Assembly (NCBI GenBank): GCA_000934665.2
Contig: KZ538629.1
Span: 1 to 57,438, forward strand
Reading direction: 5' to 3'
Origin: Catajapyx aquilonaris
Lineage: Eukaryota
Length of the DNA: 57,438 nt
The position numbers were made by a program, and so were the translations under genes. Under the pieces are notes generated by a model. The model was not told the origin of the DNA. It was given only the letters and a program-made list of their open reading frames with translations, and did not search any database. Within the stretch, counting starts at the first letter, position 1, and each line of letters starts with the position of its first letter. Below are positions 1 to 13,983 of the stretch, in pieces.

Positions 1-69
1 CACCTCTGAAGAAGTGTTAAGGAAACTGCGAAGGAACAGTCGCCATCTTGGCCAGAGATGACGGCTGCA

Positions 70-140
70 AGGAGACACGGGATTTGAACCCACATCTCCC
101 GATTGAGAGTCTGATGCGTTACCACACAGCCACGCTATGC
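70..140 (-). repeat. tRNA-derived pseudogene / SINE head (Glu-CTC-like loop)
   Basis: Reverse complement reads GCGTGGCTGTGTGGTAACGC (A box) ... CTCTCAA loop ... GGGTTCAAATCCC (B box); acceptor stem does not pair, so not a functional tRNA. Confidence 0.6.
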
Positions 141-271
141 TGCAACGAGAGTGTGAGTGTTGGAAGGGTCTAGCCTATTTACCGGATGCACTTCAAAGAG
201 AAATAAATGTGAAACGAGAGATGAAGTAACAGCCAGAAAGGTCCATGTAGCGATAAAAAGAAACGACGTCT

Positions 272-345
272 TCCTTTCAGGATTCGATCCTTCAACCTTC
301 AGGTTACGAAGAGAGAGTCTTACCCACTAGACCACTGCGCTACTT
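272..345 (-). repeat. tRNA-derived pseudogene / SINE head
   Basis: Reverse complement has TGGTCTAGTGG (A box), TTCGTAA loop and GGATCGAATCC (B box) at tRNA spacing; stems degenerate. Confidence 0.55.
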
Positions 346-1580
346 CGATACTGACACTCTCTCCAGCATGTACTTATCGTAAAGAAAGGGCGCAAAAAAA
401 AAAAAAAAACATTCATCTCAATGTAGTGTCATTTGTCAAATAAATTCTCATAATATATCCATGCATATTTTCTAAATATTAAGGAAATTTTCTGTGTAAT
501 TATGCCGGGGAAAAAATAATGAAAGATTATTTTGGCTGATGGCAAATAGGATGTGGATGTGATTTATGTGCTTGATATAACAGTAGGTACAACAACTGGT
601 TCTGGAACAATAGTGATGAGTCCAGGAGTTAAAAAATGGTTCAACTTTCTATGAAATGAACAGGTGCGAATGGATGCTTTTGGCATAATGAGCCATGATG
701 TCATCATCATGCTTTTATTTATTTTTCCTCTCCTCAGATTCCCAGTAGACATTAGTAACACTACCATATTCGAAAAATACATTGCTCCAATTTGGTATAC
801 CTCAGTGCACGTTTACAGAGGCAATTATTGTGTGACTGTGACTGAGTAGTTTTTGATAGTTTTCGCCTGCTACACATTATGAAAGCCTGGCGGTCCGTAA
901 ACCTGCAAAAAAAAAAAACTGGCGTTTCTTGAACTGATTAATTGCTGCGCATACCATAACTGAATGACATTACATGCTCTAGGGAGCGTGTGAATACAAC
1001 GTGAACTGCTTCAGGATTTTGAACGCTGATTACACTTAATATTGTACTGACCTTGATAGGTCCATATGTCCTACTTATTCTCTCATTTTTATCATATTAA
1101 ATAGTACCCAGTTTCAAGTGTCTATAAATTATTCGCAAGAAGGCAATCCACATGGAGTGGTACTGGTTGTGTCAACATTATTTCACGCTTATTTGCATAT
1201 GTGACTTTTATTGCTTCGACTCTTTATTATCTGATGACATATTCAATAATATTGATGGTTAGTCCCCCACCAACGGATGAGGATTTGACATTAAAGGATT
1301 AAAGCACAAATTTTGCATGGACTATACAGCTAAAAGGGCCATGCGCCAGACACATGAGCAACAGGGGAAGCAGAGGGGTGTCGAATACGCAACAAGCCCC
1401 GACAAACCCAGGGGAACATTATCATATAACAGATCGAGAAGGACCTTACATCACTCCAGGTCCTCATCAGCAACAAAAGACAGCAAAAAGTGAGCCATGT
1501 CGTACCACCACCGCACCACCGTCCAGAGCAACGGGTTTTGGTCCCGTGCAAACCATCACAAGCCGGTCAACGAGGTGACC

Positions 1581-4500
1581 ATGGTGTGTCACTCCAACAG
1601 CATCGGTACCAGGGAATTGTTCCGGATGCCAAGGCAGCTCAGCAACAGCAGGAGGCCCGAAGTGGCTTTGGACCTGGAAGAAGAAGAAGAGAGGCCAATA
1701 AGAGGAGGAGGAGGAATCGTAGCCTGGAGGTATCCATTGGAGTTTTGCAGAGACACTTCGCTGCATGGGCTCAAATACGTGGCAGACGAAAGGAACCACG
1801 TTATCGAAAGGTTTGTCCATTTGGCACGAACCAAAGATTTAAAATAATTATTAATTATAACATCTGAAATGTCGAATAAACAGTCACATTTGGAGGGGGT
1901 GGATCATTGTAGGTATGAACTGTGCGGAACAAAATTTCGTTTAAATATATTTTAGCCATTTCTGTCACACGCTCTAATTATTTATTTAGGTGCAAAGAAA
2001 TTGGCTATATCAGTACAGTGTATGCCAAACTCAGTATTACTGATGCACTTTACGTTTTCTCCACATTGATTTGTCTCGTGGATTTCCTGATGGATTAGTT
2101 AGACAAGCGCACTATTTGTTCATAGTGAAGGGCTATAGCATTCTTATATCCAGTGGGTCACTTAACTCGCTTCAATGAGACACAATAGATCTTATTGTGT
2201 GGAAAGGCGGTGTTGGTACCGCTTTGATGGACACATGATGACATTGCGGCTTTTGTTGGCTTTTGTGCCTCAAAAACCTTCCCCCGCTAGTTCCCATCTG
2301 TTAATTTGCGAAAGTGGGATCGATTTTTACAAGTCTATTAGGGGCCAGTGGTAAACGAGACTTGATGGGTCGTTGGTTGTGCTGATGATGAAAAATATCT
2401 CGAAACAGGATATTCTGGCTGGCCGCTTTTGCCCTGGGAGTATTTTGCTCCGCTTATCTAATCCGGGACGTACTTCGTAAATGGCAAGAGAACCCAATTT
2501 TCGTTTCGTTTGACGCCACCGCCACACCCATGTGGGAAATACCCTTCCCGGCTGTCACCATCTGCAACATCAACAAGGCTCGCAAATCTAAGGCAGTCGA
2601 AATTCTCCAGTAAGTCATTCCTTTTGATTTGCATCACGAAACAGTCTATTGAATTGTTTGTTGCTCGCGTTGCATTGCAGACGAGAGGACACCGAAGAGG
2701 ATGCTTCCAGAGACCGTTTCCTGCTTCACCACGTGTGTTCTGCAGGCGGAACCACGTTCATTCCGTTCACCTCGACGTGTGACAGAAGTGGTCTAAGTCC
2801 TATCCTGGACGAAGAGGAAGAAGACAGCTTGCAAAATGTCACAGGCGAGGAAATACAGGAGTTTCTTCGTGACGTGAGTTGATTTGATTCAGATAAATCA
2901 GCAGGGCCTATAATTAGTGTTTTCAATTATCTCTGCAGGCGGCTCAACCATGTGGATCTTTACTGCTCCACTGCTCCTGGCAAGGAACCATTTGGAACAA
3001 CTGCAGCCAGCTTTTCCAACCAGTAGTTACCGATCACGGGCAGTGCTGCACTTTCAACATGATGCCTCTCAGCCTCATGTTCAAAAATAGGTGACACAAT
3101 TTTCGAAATCAGACCACCATTTGAATGAAACGGTTGAATTATTCATGCCATATAATTCGTCATTGTCTGGTCGGGGACGTCTCGTTATCGAACCTTACGA
3201 CTAAACTTTGAGCCTATAACATATTCAAGGGCGAGAAAGAAAGGGAAGGAAAAAAAAACCTACTGCGACATATATAATTTATGACGGCCTTGACCTTCCA
3301 GAATGTTACGTGAAATGCACTGGGTCATTCACATTATCACGATATTACTACATGAATGGGTCATACTTATTATAGTGTTGCTTGGTTGACAGGAAGGACA
3401 ACGGTGGTCGAGAGATGGAAATGTGGGAAAAATGGGACCCGGAAGAGCCGGTTAGTACAGACACATATGGAGAAGATTCCAGGCCAAGACACCAAATCTA
3501 TCCTGGTAAACGGTTGGGACTGTCTGTCACTTTACATCAGGAGATAGAAGACTACTACTGCATATCTGGAAACTCAACCGGGTTTTTGGTAAGGTCCGGT
3601 GGTTACTTGTGTTATGTAAAGTTAAATATATTTGGTTCCAGGCAGTTTTACATAGCCCAGTCCAGTACCCATTGGTGAGGGAGTACAGCCTGGCTCTAAG
3701 CCCTGGCAAAGAGACGTTCGTGGAGCTTCGACCGTACCTGACCAGTGCCAAGGAGAGGATAAAAGCCTTCCCTGCAACACTGCGAGGCTGCTACTTCACA
3801 GATGAGAAGCCTCTTCTGTTCTACCGTCACTATTCCCAGCACAATTGTGTGGCCGAATGCGACGCTAACCATACCCTGAGTCTGTGCCATTGCGTCCTCT
3901 ACCACATGCCACGTGAGTAAGTGTGCTGATCTCGACACTCATGGGACACCCTCTCTTCCCTTGCTTGCTATACATTTGACAGGTGACAACCAGACACCTC
4001 TCTGCGGATCGGATGACATCGCGTGTGTCCAGAGTGTCAGAGGTGTACATCACTATCGTCTAATCCGCTTATTCTCGCAGTCGGATGTTTGTCCGACCTG
4101 ATAGTCCCACTATCACCCGCACCACTTGAAAGTGGCAGGAGTGTGCAGGGGAATGCTACGCCATCTATGCGTTAATAATAGTACTACGTGTTAAATCGGC
4201 CTCCATCAAGCTCGATAAGGTCGGACAAACATCCTTTGATGAGAAATAGCTCATTAGATGTTGTCAAATTTTGTAGTGCAAATGGTGGATATGTTTCAGA
4301 TCAGTTGGAAGGATCGTACGGACCGAGTAGCCCCAGAAGCATGTGCGACTGTTTGCCGACCTGTACTGAGCACGATTACACTGCGGAGATGTCAGCAACT
4401 CCACTGGCTGACCTACCCTCAGTCGATCCCGTTCTCAGGTTTATTTTTGCAAAAAATAAATAAAAACTACATAAATTAATATTGTTGAACTTTTCCGTTT

Positions 4501-4823
4501 CTCTATCTCAAGGAACAAGAGTAACATTGCGGTGGTGCATTTCTTCATGGGTCAATCGCATTTTGTGTCCAAAGTTCGCAGCGAGTTGTACGGAACCAGC
4601 GATTTACTAGGTGAGATCATATAGCTGGGGAAAACCCGCTTTTTTGGTATCTACTATAACATATGAATGTAATTTTTCAGCCAACACCGGAGGCCTTCTT
4701 GGACTTTGCTTGGGATTCAGCGGACTCAGCGCAATCGAGGTCATCTACTTCTTCACCTTGAGGGCATGGTGTCGTTCCAGGAGAAGACCGGTCGGACACA
4801 GAAGTGACGCATCAGTCGCATGA
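1581..4823 (+). CDS. DEG/ENaC (pickpocket-like) amiloride-sensitive sodium channel subunit, about 10 exons
   Basis: Spliced translation gives pre-TM1 FCRDTSLHGLKY (HG motif), TM1 RIFWLAAFALGVFCSAYLI, WEIPFPAVTICN, DHGQCCTFN, Cys-rich thumb (RGCYF, YSQHNCVAEC, CHCVLYHMP, CDCLPTC) and TM2 ANTGGLLGLCLGFSGLSAIEVIYF. Start uncertain: ATG 1581, or ATG 1354 via a possible 1575-1642 intron. Confidence 0.93.
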
Positions 4824-5259
4824 TTAACTTCATTAATTATTATGTCCAACAGCACCTGTCGCCTCATCTAAAAAAAATCATAGTTACTTTGATGTGTACA
4901 TTGCGTGTTTTATTTTCGCAGTAAACGAGTCTAAAATGTCGTAGGTCAGTCCGATGATTAAACAAAACCTGTTTTTCTATAGCAATGACGCAACGTACAT
5001 CATCTGTTTCTTAAGATGATTTTACGATATACTAGCTGTATAGCTTATGTATTTTTTTTAAACGAGCCGGTAAAACCCGATGCTTCCGCACGATTGCGCA
5101 GAATCCACATCCTTCCTTAGGTCTGCAGTTTGGTGACCTATAGTCAACCAGTCAGACCACGAAGACTTCCCGGAAATATGCGACACAACTTTTTAGATGA
5201 AAAGAGAAGCACAAACGTGATCGCAGCATCATTTGCCCAAGCATCGCACTGAGCACAAC

Positions 5260-6858
5260 ATGAAATTACTTTTCGTCTGGTTGCTGCTGCTGTCAGCCGC
5301 AATTGCTAGTGACGACAACGGCGGTGAATATTTATCAGAGGAAGATGTACGGAGGAGGGTACGCAGACAAGGTGAGAGAATAATAGATAAAATTGTGATT
5401 GTTGGGTATGTGTCTATACATGTTGCCTTGTAAAACATGCACTATTGGATTGTGCGAAGTACATCAGTACATTCAGGTACAAATGTAATTTCCTCACCGC
5501 AGATGTGTTCTTTCCTGATGAAGAACCTGAATCACTGGATGTGTCACAAGAATCGTGCACAACAACCCAAGGAAGGGATGGCATATGTCGACTTCTGTCA
5601 CGATGTCCAATTGTGCAGGACACATTACGTACAATGCGACCAACTCTGTGCAGATTCAATCAAAGGGAGCCTGTAGTTTGTTGTCCTTCGTCTGAACGTA
5701 AGTTTAAACAAGATATTTAAAAAAAATTATAATTTAAAATATCGTTTAAATTGTAGGGATTTCGGGGAGTACGTCTATCAGAGTGCGGAACGATGTAGGT
5801 CAGTGCGGAAGGTCAACTCGGCCTGATGTGATCTTTTCTGATACCAACAGGCTAGTAGTAGGAGGACGTAATGCTACTGTTGCGACCTGGCCTTGGATGG
5901 TACGTACAGCAAGTCATGTCCCACGTGTGTTTAATTGATTTATGGATATTGTGTCATTAGGCAGCTGTGGGAACACAAGGAAGGAGAGGCCCAGAGTGGT
6001 TTTGCGGCGGAGTTTTGATTAGCAATCAGTACGTTCTGACAGCAGCACACTGCCTCATCAAGTAAGTTATTCCCGCTCTAAAAAAAAGTCACGACGTTTT
6101 ACCCTATAACGTTGTCCAAACAGCAAGCCAGCGTTGGTTCGCCTGGGAGACCTGGACCTTTCAAGAAGCAACGACGGTTCCCAGCCTCAGGACGTGCCCA
6201 TAGAAAGCACCGTGTCTCATTCCCAGTTTTCCTACCCATCTCTGTACCACGACATTGCGCTAATTAGACTCAAAGAACCGATCAAGCCCTCTGTGTACAT
6301 TCGACCCATTTGTCTCCCATCATCAATCCTAGACATTGAATCACAAGATGTGGTTCTTCTCGGATGGGGTCGTACCCAGTTCTGTAAGTGAAATATTAGA
6401 GTTGTTCACTGATTATATTTAAGAAGGTCCCTCATAAAAAAATTGTTTTCAATGTCACAGTGGGGGACACTAGCAACATGCTTCAGGAAGCTGAACTGAA
6501 GGTTCTGAAGCAACGAGCCTGCGCTAGTGCCTATAGTGATCAGCCTCAACTGGTAGTCAGTCTTCCAGATGGGATTCAGCGTCATCAACTGTGCGCTGGA
6601 ATTCCAGGAGGAGGAAGAGATGCCTGCCAGGTATGCATTTGTCCAATTAATAATAATGGCATCTTCATTGATGCTGATTATTATTATATCTAGGGGGACT
6701 CTGGGGGTCCGCTGATGTACCTGAATCCATCTACTCAACGATGGACGGTGGCTGCAATTGTGACTGGTGGACTCGGATGCGGATTCGAAAACTTCCCTGG
6801 GATATACTCCCGGATTCCCAACTATGTGGACTGGATCAAGGCCAACATAAGACCTTGA
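5260..6858 (+). CDS. SP1: CLIP-domain serine protease, snake/proclotting-enzyme-like, catalytically intact, 7 exons
   Basis: Signal peptide [30 protein letters not shown]; six-Cys CLIP ([17 protein letters not shown]...LCRF...VCCP); activation NRL^VVGG; TAAHC, HDIAL, DACQGDSGGP; stop 6856-6858. Confidence 0.95.
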
Positions 6859-7534
6859 ATTGCAGTGGGCTAGTTTTGAAAAAAAAAAAAAAAACGAATA
6901 CTGTAGCTATTAATAAATAATAGGATATAATAAAATACAATTAATTAATTAATTAGAAATGTTATTTTGAACATATTAACTCACTTTCATATTAACTTAC
7001 CCATCTTGAGATAGACTACTACAGGAAATAAATGACAAAAAAAATTTGACATGTCGAGTTACCTAACTTGACTTGTTTTTGCAATTATGACGCTTTGCTC
7101 AGTTTATTCACAAATGTTCCGCTTAAATTATGATTAATCCGATGCACTGTACAGTACACCTGACGTGGGAGTTGTTTGATCATCAACTTCATTAGTCATG
7201 CAAGCCTAGTAGACAATTTCCGCAGGAAATCACCCATCGGTAATTTTTTTTATCTATTTTTAAACATCCTTATGCTATTTATGTAAGTGCAGCCACCTTT
7301 TCCTCGAATGTGTCGTCACAATGCAGACGCAATTGTGTACTATCGGCGGTATTTATAAACCAAGGGGAAAATATTTGTACTTAATATTCTCAGATGAATC
7401 AGAAAATTTATTAGTAAAAAAGTGAGGAAAAAGGCGACTTTCTGATGCTTATAACCAGGGGAGTCCTCCAACTTTATCGTAGTTGCATTCGACACATCCA
7501 CAGGGAAGGTCAAGATCACGTATACTAATCAGTC

Positions 7535-8968
7535 ATGAGAAAACACGGCTTTTTTCTCTCAGTAATTAGCGCTCTTCTGGTGTCAACAACACAGCACGAT
7601 TTGCACGAAATGTTTACTGCGACTCACCTCAGCAGACTTCGGAGGCAAGGTATATGTAAACTCTTATTGCAATAATCTGCAACGTAAGTAATTATTCCTG
7701 TTTTTCAATTTCCTTTTAATTGGGATTCAGATGTGTTTTTTCCGAGTGACACCGATAGTCGACCGATCATCTCCGAACCATGCACTACGTCAGACGGTAG
7801 TACCGGTACATGCGAACTTTTGTCAAGTTGCTCTCAGCAGGGTCTTGCAGTGAAGAACATGACGGTATGCCAGTATCGCGAAAAAGACTCTGAAGTTTGT
7901 TGTCCACTAGGTACGTATACCACATTTAAACGAGCAGAAAATTGCACATATGAATATTTCACCCCCAAAAAATGCATATTTATTGGCAGGCATGAACCTT
8001 CCTGAAAACTGCGGTCGGACTTTTCCGTCTTTCATAAATAACAAGAGGATTGTTGAAAGTCCTTGGATGGTAAGTGCAACATGCAACATGCAATTATGTC
8101 CGGTATGAAACCACGTTTTGTGTCTTAATTAGGCGATGGTGCTGGGGAATCAGCACTGGTTTTGCAATGGAGCCCTGATCAACCCTCGGTACGTTGTATC
8201 CACAGCTCACTGCGTCATTAGGTATGAATAAATCCGCTAACAAAAATATAATGTTAGTAACGATAGTTTTACCTCCGAATGCAAGGCAGCCCACAGTCGT
8301 TCAGCTGGGGCATTCAAGTATTTCAATCCGATATATGGATATCGAGACGACAATGATTCATCCACTGTACAAGTTCCCGGATATTTATTACGACATTGGC
8401 CTAGTAAGGATGACAGCTCCAGTCAGGTTCTCTCCTGGTATCCAGCCTATATGTCTTCCTTCCCCAGATGTAGAGGACATCAATGGGCATCGAGTGGAAT
8501 TCATTTCAGGCTGTGATTATGATTGTACGCACCATTAGCAGGTCATGAACCTGTACATAAATTGTGCCATTTTTTTCTCAGCGAGTGCAAGAGGTGTACG
8601 TAATGTGCAGATGTACGTGGTGAAGAGGACAGTGTGTGACAAAAGGTATTTGAGAGTACCCGAACTCTCCTGGAACTTCAGAAAAGGTGTGATGGAATAC
8701 CAAATGTGCGCAGGACCCATTGGAGGAGACATGAATGTATGCCAGGTATGATCCTCATTATTTATACGTGAATATTTTAAATTGGCAGTCAACTTCATTT
8801 CAGAATACTTTGGGAGGGCTTTTGGTGTATCTGAACTTGACATCGCAACAAAACGTGCTCGTGGGAATTCTCTCAAGAGGATCAGGATGCGACTTCAAGA
8901 CCTTGCCAGCAATCTTTGCCAAAATGTCGGCGTTTTCAAAATGGATTGCTAATATCATTATCCCCTGA
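7535..8968 (+). CDS. SP2: CLIP-domain serine protease homologue (non-catalytic, Ser195 to Leu)
   Basis: Signal peptide, RLRRQ-DVFFPSD, CLIP (CTTSDGSTGTCELLSSC...VCQY...VCCP), KR^IVESPWM, STAHC and YDIGL retained, GDSGGP replaced by NTLGGL; same intron positions as SP1. Confidence 0.9.
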
Positions 8969-9387
8969 TTTGTGATATCGCTGGAAGTACTAATAAATGT
9001 GGTCTTGAACTTGAGAAGAGGCACGAGAATGATTTAAAACTTACAGTTAAGTGTCAGTGTTCTCGTTAAATTCGAAATGTGACAAAAAAAACATGGAGTG
9101 TGTAATAAAAACAACTTACTTTCTCGATTGGTCAGTTTACAGAATAAATGCAGACTCTACTTATGATAGGGGCAGACCTAGTTGCGTCCCTGACAAACCC
9201 TCGACACAATTGACAGTAACCTAATCCATTATGTTATACTCCAAATGCACGTGTACCGAGGCGTTATCAGAATGTGCCATTATGTCCGATGCCATTGTTC
9301 AGGCGAACCGGAATGTATCGAACCGTGTCGTGATGGTATAATGTTTCCATTCTTCAGTAGTATATTAGGCCTAGTCTTGCCTCGGAG

Positions 9388-11505
9388 ATGAGGGAATTGA
9401 CACCGTACCTTTTTCTTGGGATCTGTGTTCTGGTGGCCAGTAAAGAAGTTAAAGGCATGGATCATATTTTTTTTACGAGTTTTGGTTTATTGACTGCCGG
9501 TCTTTAAAAAAATATTTCATGACGCAATTCATTGGTCATTATTTTCCAGACCCATGTCAGCATTCTACCGGAAATCGAGGAATATGCAAGAGGTGGTCAG
9601 AGTGCCCCGAAATTCATAAAAAGCCATTCAGAATTTGCAAATATGAAATTCCCGACATGATCGTCTGCTGTCCAGATATCTCACTTCTTGGTAAGTTGTG
9701 ATTCTCTGTTACTGTATTGCATAGCATCAGACATAAAACTTATACTGATAGAAAGTGAAACAGATTGCATGATACTGATTTTTTTCCTTCAAAACCTCTT
9801 GTTGCATATACCAAACATGTAACATACAGTACTAATGCACAACATGCACCTATCCAGTACAGGACCTTGGCATCACAACCGAATACACCATCACAGAATC
9901 ACCTGCAGTTGTACCAAGTCAAGTAGCTGAAGAGGTTACAGAAGTACCAGAGGTCACCAAAGCACCAGAGGATATTCTGATGGGTGAAAGGCCATCGGAG
10001 ACCACAACGATGGCTCCGGAAGTGAGTATTGCGAGGCCGACTGCTCCTCTGTGGAATCCAGCGGACTACATGTTGTACACCACTCCAGCTGGACCAAAAG
10101 TGATCAGGACGCTTCCTCCTGAACTTTTGGCTATGTTAGCCATGCCAAAGAAACTGCCTAAATTGGGCTCCTTGTTCCGTCCAACCGAAGGTCCTCTGGG
10201 ATTCAGGTCGATGACTAATAAAGCAGCAGCGACCAACGTATCAGACCAAGTGATCGTGTGGCCCTGGATGGTACAGTTGACATTTCACTGTTAATAATAC
10301 ACCCTGTATCTCACTAGTTTCTTGTGCACTTGGCAGGTATCGTTAGGAAATCGCACCGCAATAAGTGACATCTTCGACATCTTCTGTGGAGGAGCTTTGA
10401 TCCAGCTTCGAGTGGTAATCACGACAGCAAGCTGTACTGCCAAGTAAGTAATGTGTCGAAAGGTCAGAAGGTGCTTTTACGCTTTATTTTGTATGTAATG
10501 TAAATTTTCTTCACAATCACTTAGGAGCCCAGACGTGGTCAGACTCGGAGTGGCAGAAATGCTGGATGTTGTGGCAATTCAGAAGGTTATAACGTACGAA
10601 GGGTTCAACGAGCTGAATTTGAAGGATGATCTGGCTCTGGTGATTCTGGAGCGAGAGAGCCGACCATCGCCGTTTGTTCAACCAGTTGGGCTCATTGTCG
10701 ATGGCACAGAGATTCCCCTGGAAGGAGAGCATAATATAATACTCACCGGATTGGGATACTTTAATGGTTCGGCGCAGTTTTTTTTACATAGTTGCTAGGT
10801 GTTTAGGTCAAAAATGACAAAACTGAAGGTCCACCACACCCCTCTAAGTTTCATGAGCCATCAATGGAAGTGGACCCATGAGCCACAGATTGATTCCCTG
10901 TGACCTATTCAATCTGCCCTACACAACAGAAACTAAACATTTTTCCCTTATAAAATTCATCAATTTTGCATTATAAAATAATTTCTATCCTTATGTCTTT
11001 AATAAGTCCACATGACGTAGTTTGGGAAATATTTAATTCTTCTACAATGTAACCAAATACTTTATTTTTCATCTCCATACATTTCTAATTTCCATCCAGA
11101 TGTAGGCAATGGATACGCATTTATTCATGGAGCCATAGACATCATGGATCGTGCACAATGCAACAAGAGGCTCGCTGATACCTCCATGTTTTCCAAAGGA
11201 ATTCACGACAATTATATCTGCAGCGTCGAACCTGATTATTTCAAGACACATTGCGAGGTAAGAAACACTGTCTTATTTAGAGGGAATGATTAAACATTAT
11301 GTATTATGTACTTACCATATTTTCTCCCTCATTTTCTAACTAGAATGGTGAAGGATCACCTTTGGTATACAGGAAGAATGAACATGAGAATATTTTAGTA
11401 GGCGTTCTTTCATGGAAGGAAAAATGCGACAATAAGCCTGCACCTTTCGTGTTTACCAATGTGATGAAGTATGGCTCATGGATTCAGAAACATTTGTTGC
11501 TATGA
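9388..11505 (+). CDS. SP3: CLIP-domain serine protease homologue with long Pro/Thr/Glu-rich linker (His to Ser, Ser to Glu)
   Basis: Signal peptide MRELTPYLFLGICVLVA; CLIP PCQHSTGNRGICKRWSEC...ICKY...VCCP; linker exon 9858-10270 ending VWPWM; FCGGALI...TTASC; DDLAL; HCE-NGEGSPL; stop 11503-11505. Confidence 0.88.
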
Positions 11506-13983
11506 AATTATCATCAAATACTCACGATGTCCGGTTACCACAATTATTACGCTCACTCATCATAAGTAAGGATAAATTGACTCGTTGCGCGAACATCTGC
11601 ACATATTAATTAATATCATTATTCTAATTGCGGTTGGTCCACAATTTGCCAATCCACACCTAATGTTAGAAGGTGCTTTTATATGGGGCAATGATAATAA
11701 TATTAATGAATGTGCCTATCTGCACTATCAGCAAGATAATAGCAGTCACCTCATCCGGAAATTTTTAATTACCTACATACGAACCCTTATATATAAGCAA
11801 TAATTAATTTCCGTTTTTTGTACTTTCCAGAATGCACGGTTGACACTGAAGCGTGTACACCTTCAATACTAGCTACAGCGTGTAATATAAATTATTCTCG
11901 TTCCTATAATTATTATAGTGTGGCATTTCCATTGTGTACGACTGTAAGATATTACAAAATAAAGAATAAACAGGCGAACATGGTAAAACTAAAGTGTTCA
12001 TCTCGTGTTAAGGAGGAAAGTGTAAGTTTCTGGCTGTCATCTCGAAGACCAGTAAGAAAATGGATCCACTTTATATTGGATGTCAACAACTTACAGGTAA
12101 TGTTACTGGGGTTAGCATATTCCGAGTAAGGCCCAAAAAGCAGGAACTGTACAATATTTGAATATTATGGTCAGTGACTTACAGTATAAAGTATAATATA
12201 CAATATTAATTGGCACAATTATTTGTATGCAATAGGTTTATGACCGAAAACCGCATCAGAACCACAATATTATCTAGCAGACTTTTGAAAAAATATATAT
12301 CAATTTTTATCTTCATTTGAGATTGAACCTCGCTTATAGGTGCCAACCACAGCTATATTGAAGTCGCAATCGCAAATTCCTAATTAACCAATCTAGAAGT
12401 TTAGTCCAAACTACCCTTCTTCAGCAGTTTCGTAAAATTAATGATTGTAAGCGATCAGATAAATGCAGACAAATATAACGATAAATGACACACGAGCTGT
12501 GTCATCATACGCTGCTACCGGTATACAACAGACGATTTTAAAATATATTCAAAATTGATTGTCAGTACCAGGTGTAGCAGAACACAAACATTTTGATACC
12601 TTAATGATCATTTTGCATCACTGTGCTATTCAAATAGTCAAAACGAATATAATTTGAATTTACGAGTATTATGAGTAGGAAATCATTCTAATGCCCAAGT
12701 GTGATGAGCAGAAGGAGTGTCTATAATGACACCATCATCATGGAATATTACAGTGCATATCTTACACGAAGAGGTAACTACTAATTACAGATGTTGTGTT
12801 CATAATTATTAAAGGTAGAGCATTCTCATTAGAATTTCTTCGTGCAATTAAAGAAATAGCAGATTACACACATACACAACATATCTACGCAAAAGTATGT
12901 ATCTGTTGGAACTCAAAAATTTTCATGCCACCTTCATGTCAAGAGAAAATATGTAGATTCACATAGAATATGAACCAATTACGTGACAATAAGAAGAAAA
13001 AAAGATACTACAGTGGGATCCCATATCATACGAGCGTTGGGGTCTAGGATTCGATTCTCTGAATCTATGGTTCATGCATAGTGGTCCATGAATTTTTCCT
13101 TTTATCACTATAAATCCACAACGAAGCCTATAGAAACCTTGATGGAATAAATCTGCTCCAGATATGAGGACAAAGGATATAAACGTTAATGCCTCATAAT
13201 ATATAGGCTGCAGATCCCAGCACGTGAGGCATCCACCAAATGGTCTAGGCTTAAATGTGCAGCTGCAAGATGCCTTAGAGAATGTTTCGATGCAGTGAAT
13301 ACATGAGGTTCACATGTCACCAGGCACTGCAGCAATTCGGATCGAGGGAGTCACTTCTATACCCCTGCACTGTATAGTCACAAGCATAACGACGGAGATG
13401 AACAGTGTCATGAAATCCAACGTGGGAAACCGTGGGATGTGTTCCAAGAATATTGGTCATTAATTGTTCTACAAAATTAAGCATAATTTCAGCAGAGACA
13501 CGTATGGTTATTCAGCAAAATCGTGGTTCCTCCGTTACCCTGTCCAACCCTGGCAATCATTTTGCTCAGTAGTGTACCTGCTGCATGATAAGTAAGGCAA
13601 TGGATCTGTTGGCATTGTCTCATTTTACCAGCCAACTGACGAGGAACAAGACATGACGCACTCTCCGTGACGAACGTAGAGTGGACATAAATATATTCTC
13701 AAACTCACAATAGGCTCAAAAAATTCGCTCCTCCCTGCTGGATATACACTGGTGCTGATTGCGACTAGAAAATGCTCCATTGGCGTACCCCGCACGTAAC
13801 AAGTCTTTGTCTAAAATGACCGCAAACTCCTCATGTGTGGTTCCTGATAGCTAAATTATGCGAGGCGATAAAATGAGTGTTACGACGCATTGTGGCCGCG
13901 GTTCAATCAAATCCACGTAACAGCTCTTGTCGCAGTGCAAAAGTTACCCCATTCCTATCCTGGCAGGTCGGAGGAGCAGGATC

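Noticed and set aside
560..1180. Possible 3' exons of a minus-strand gene (TYGPIKVSTILSV...YGLRTARLS)
   Set aside because: Only two short compatible segments, no recognisable homology and no upstream exons found.
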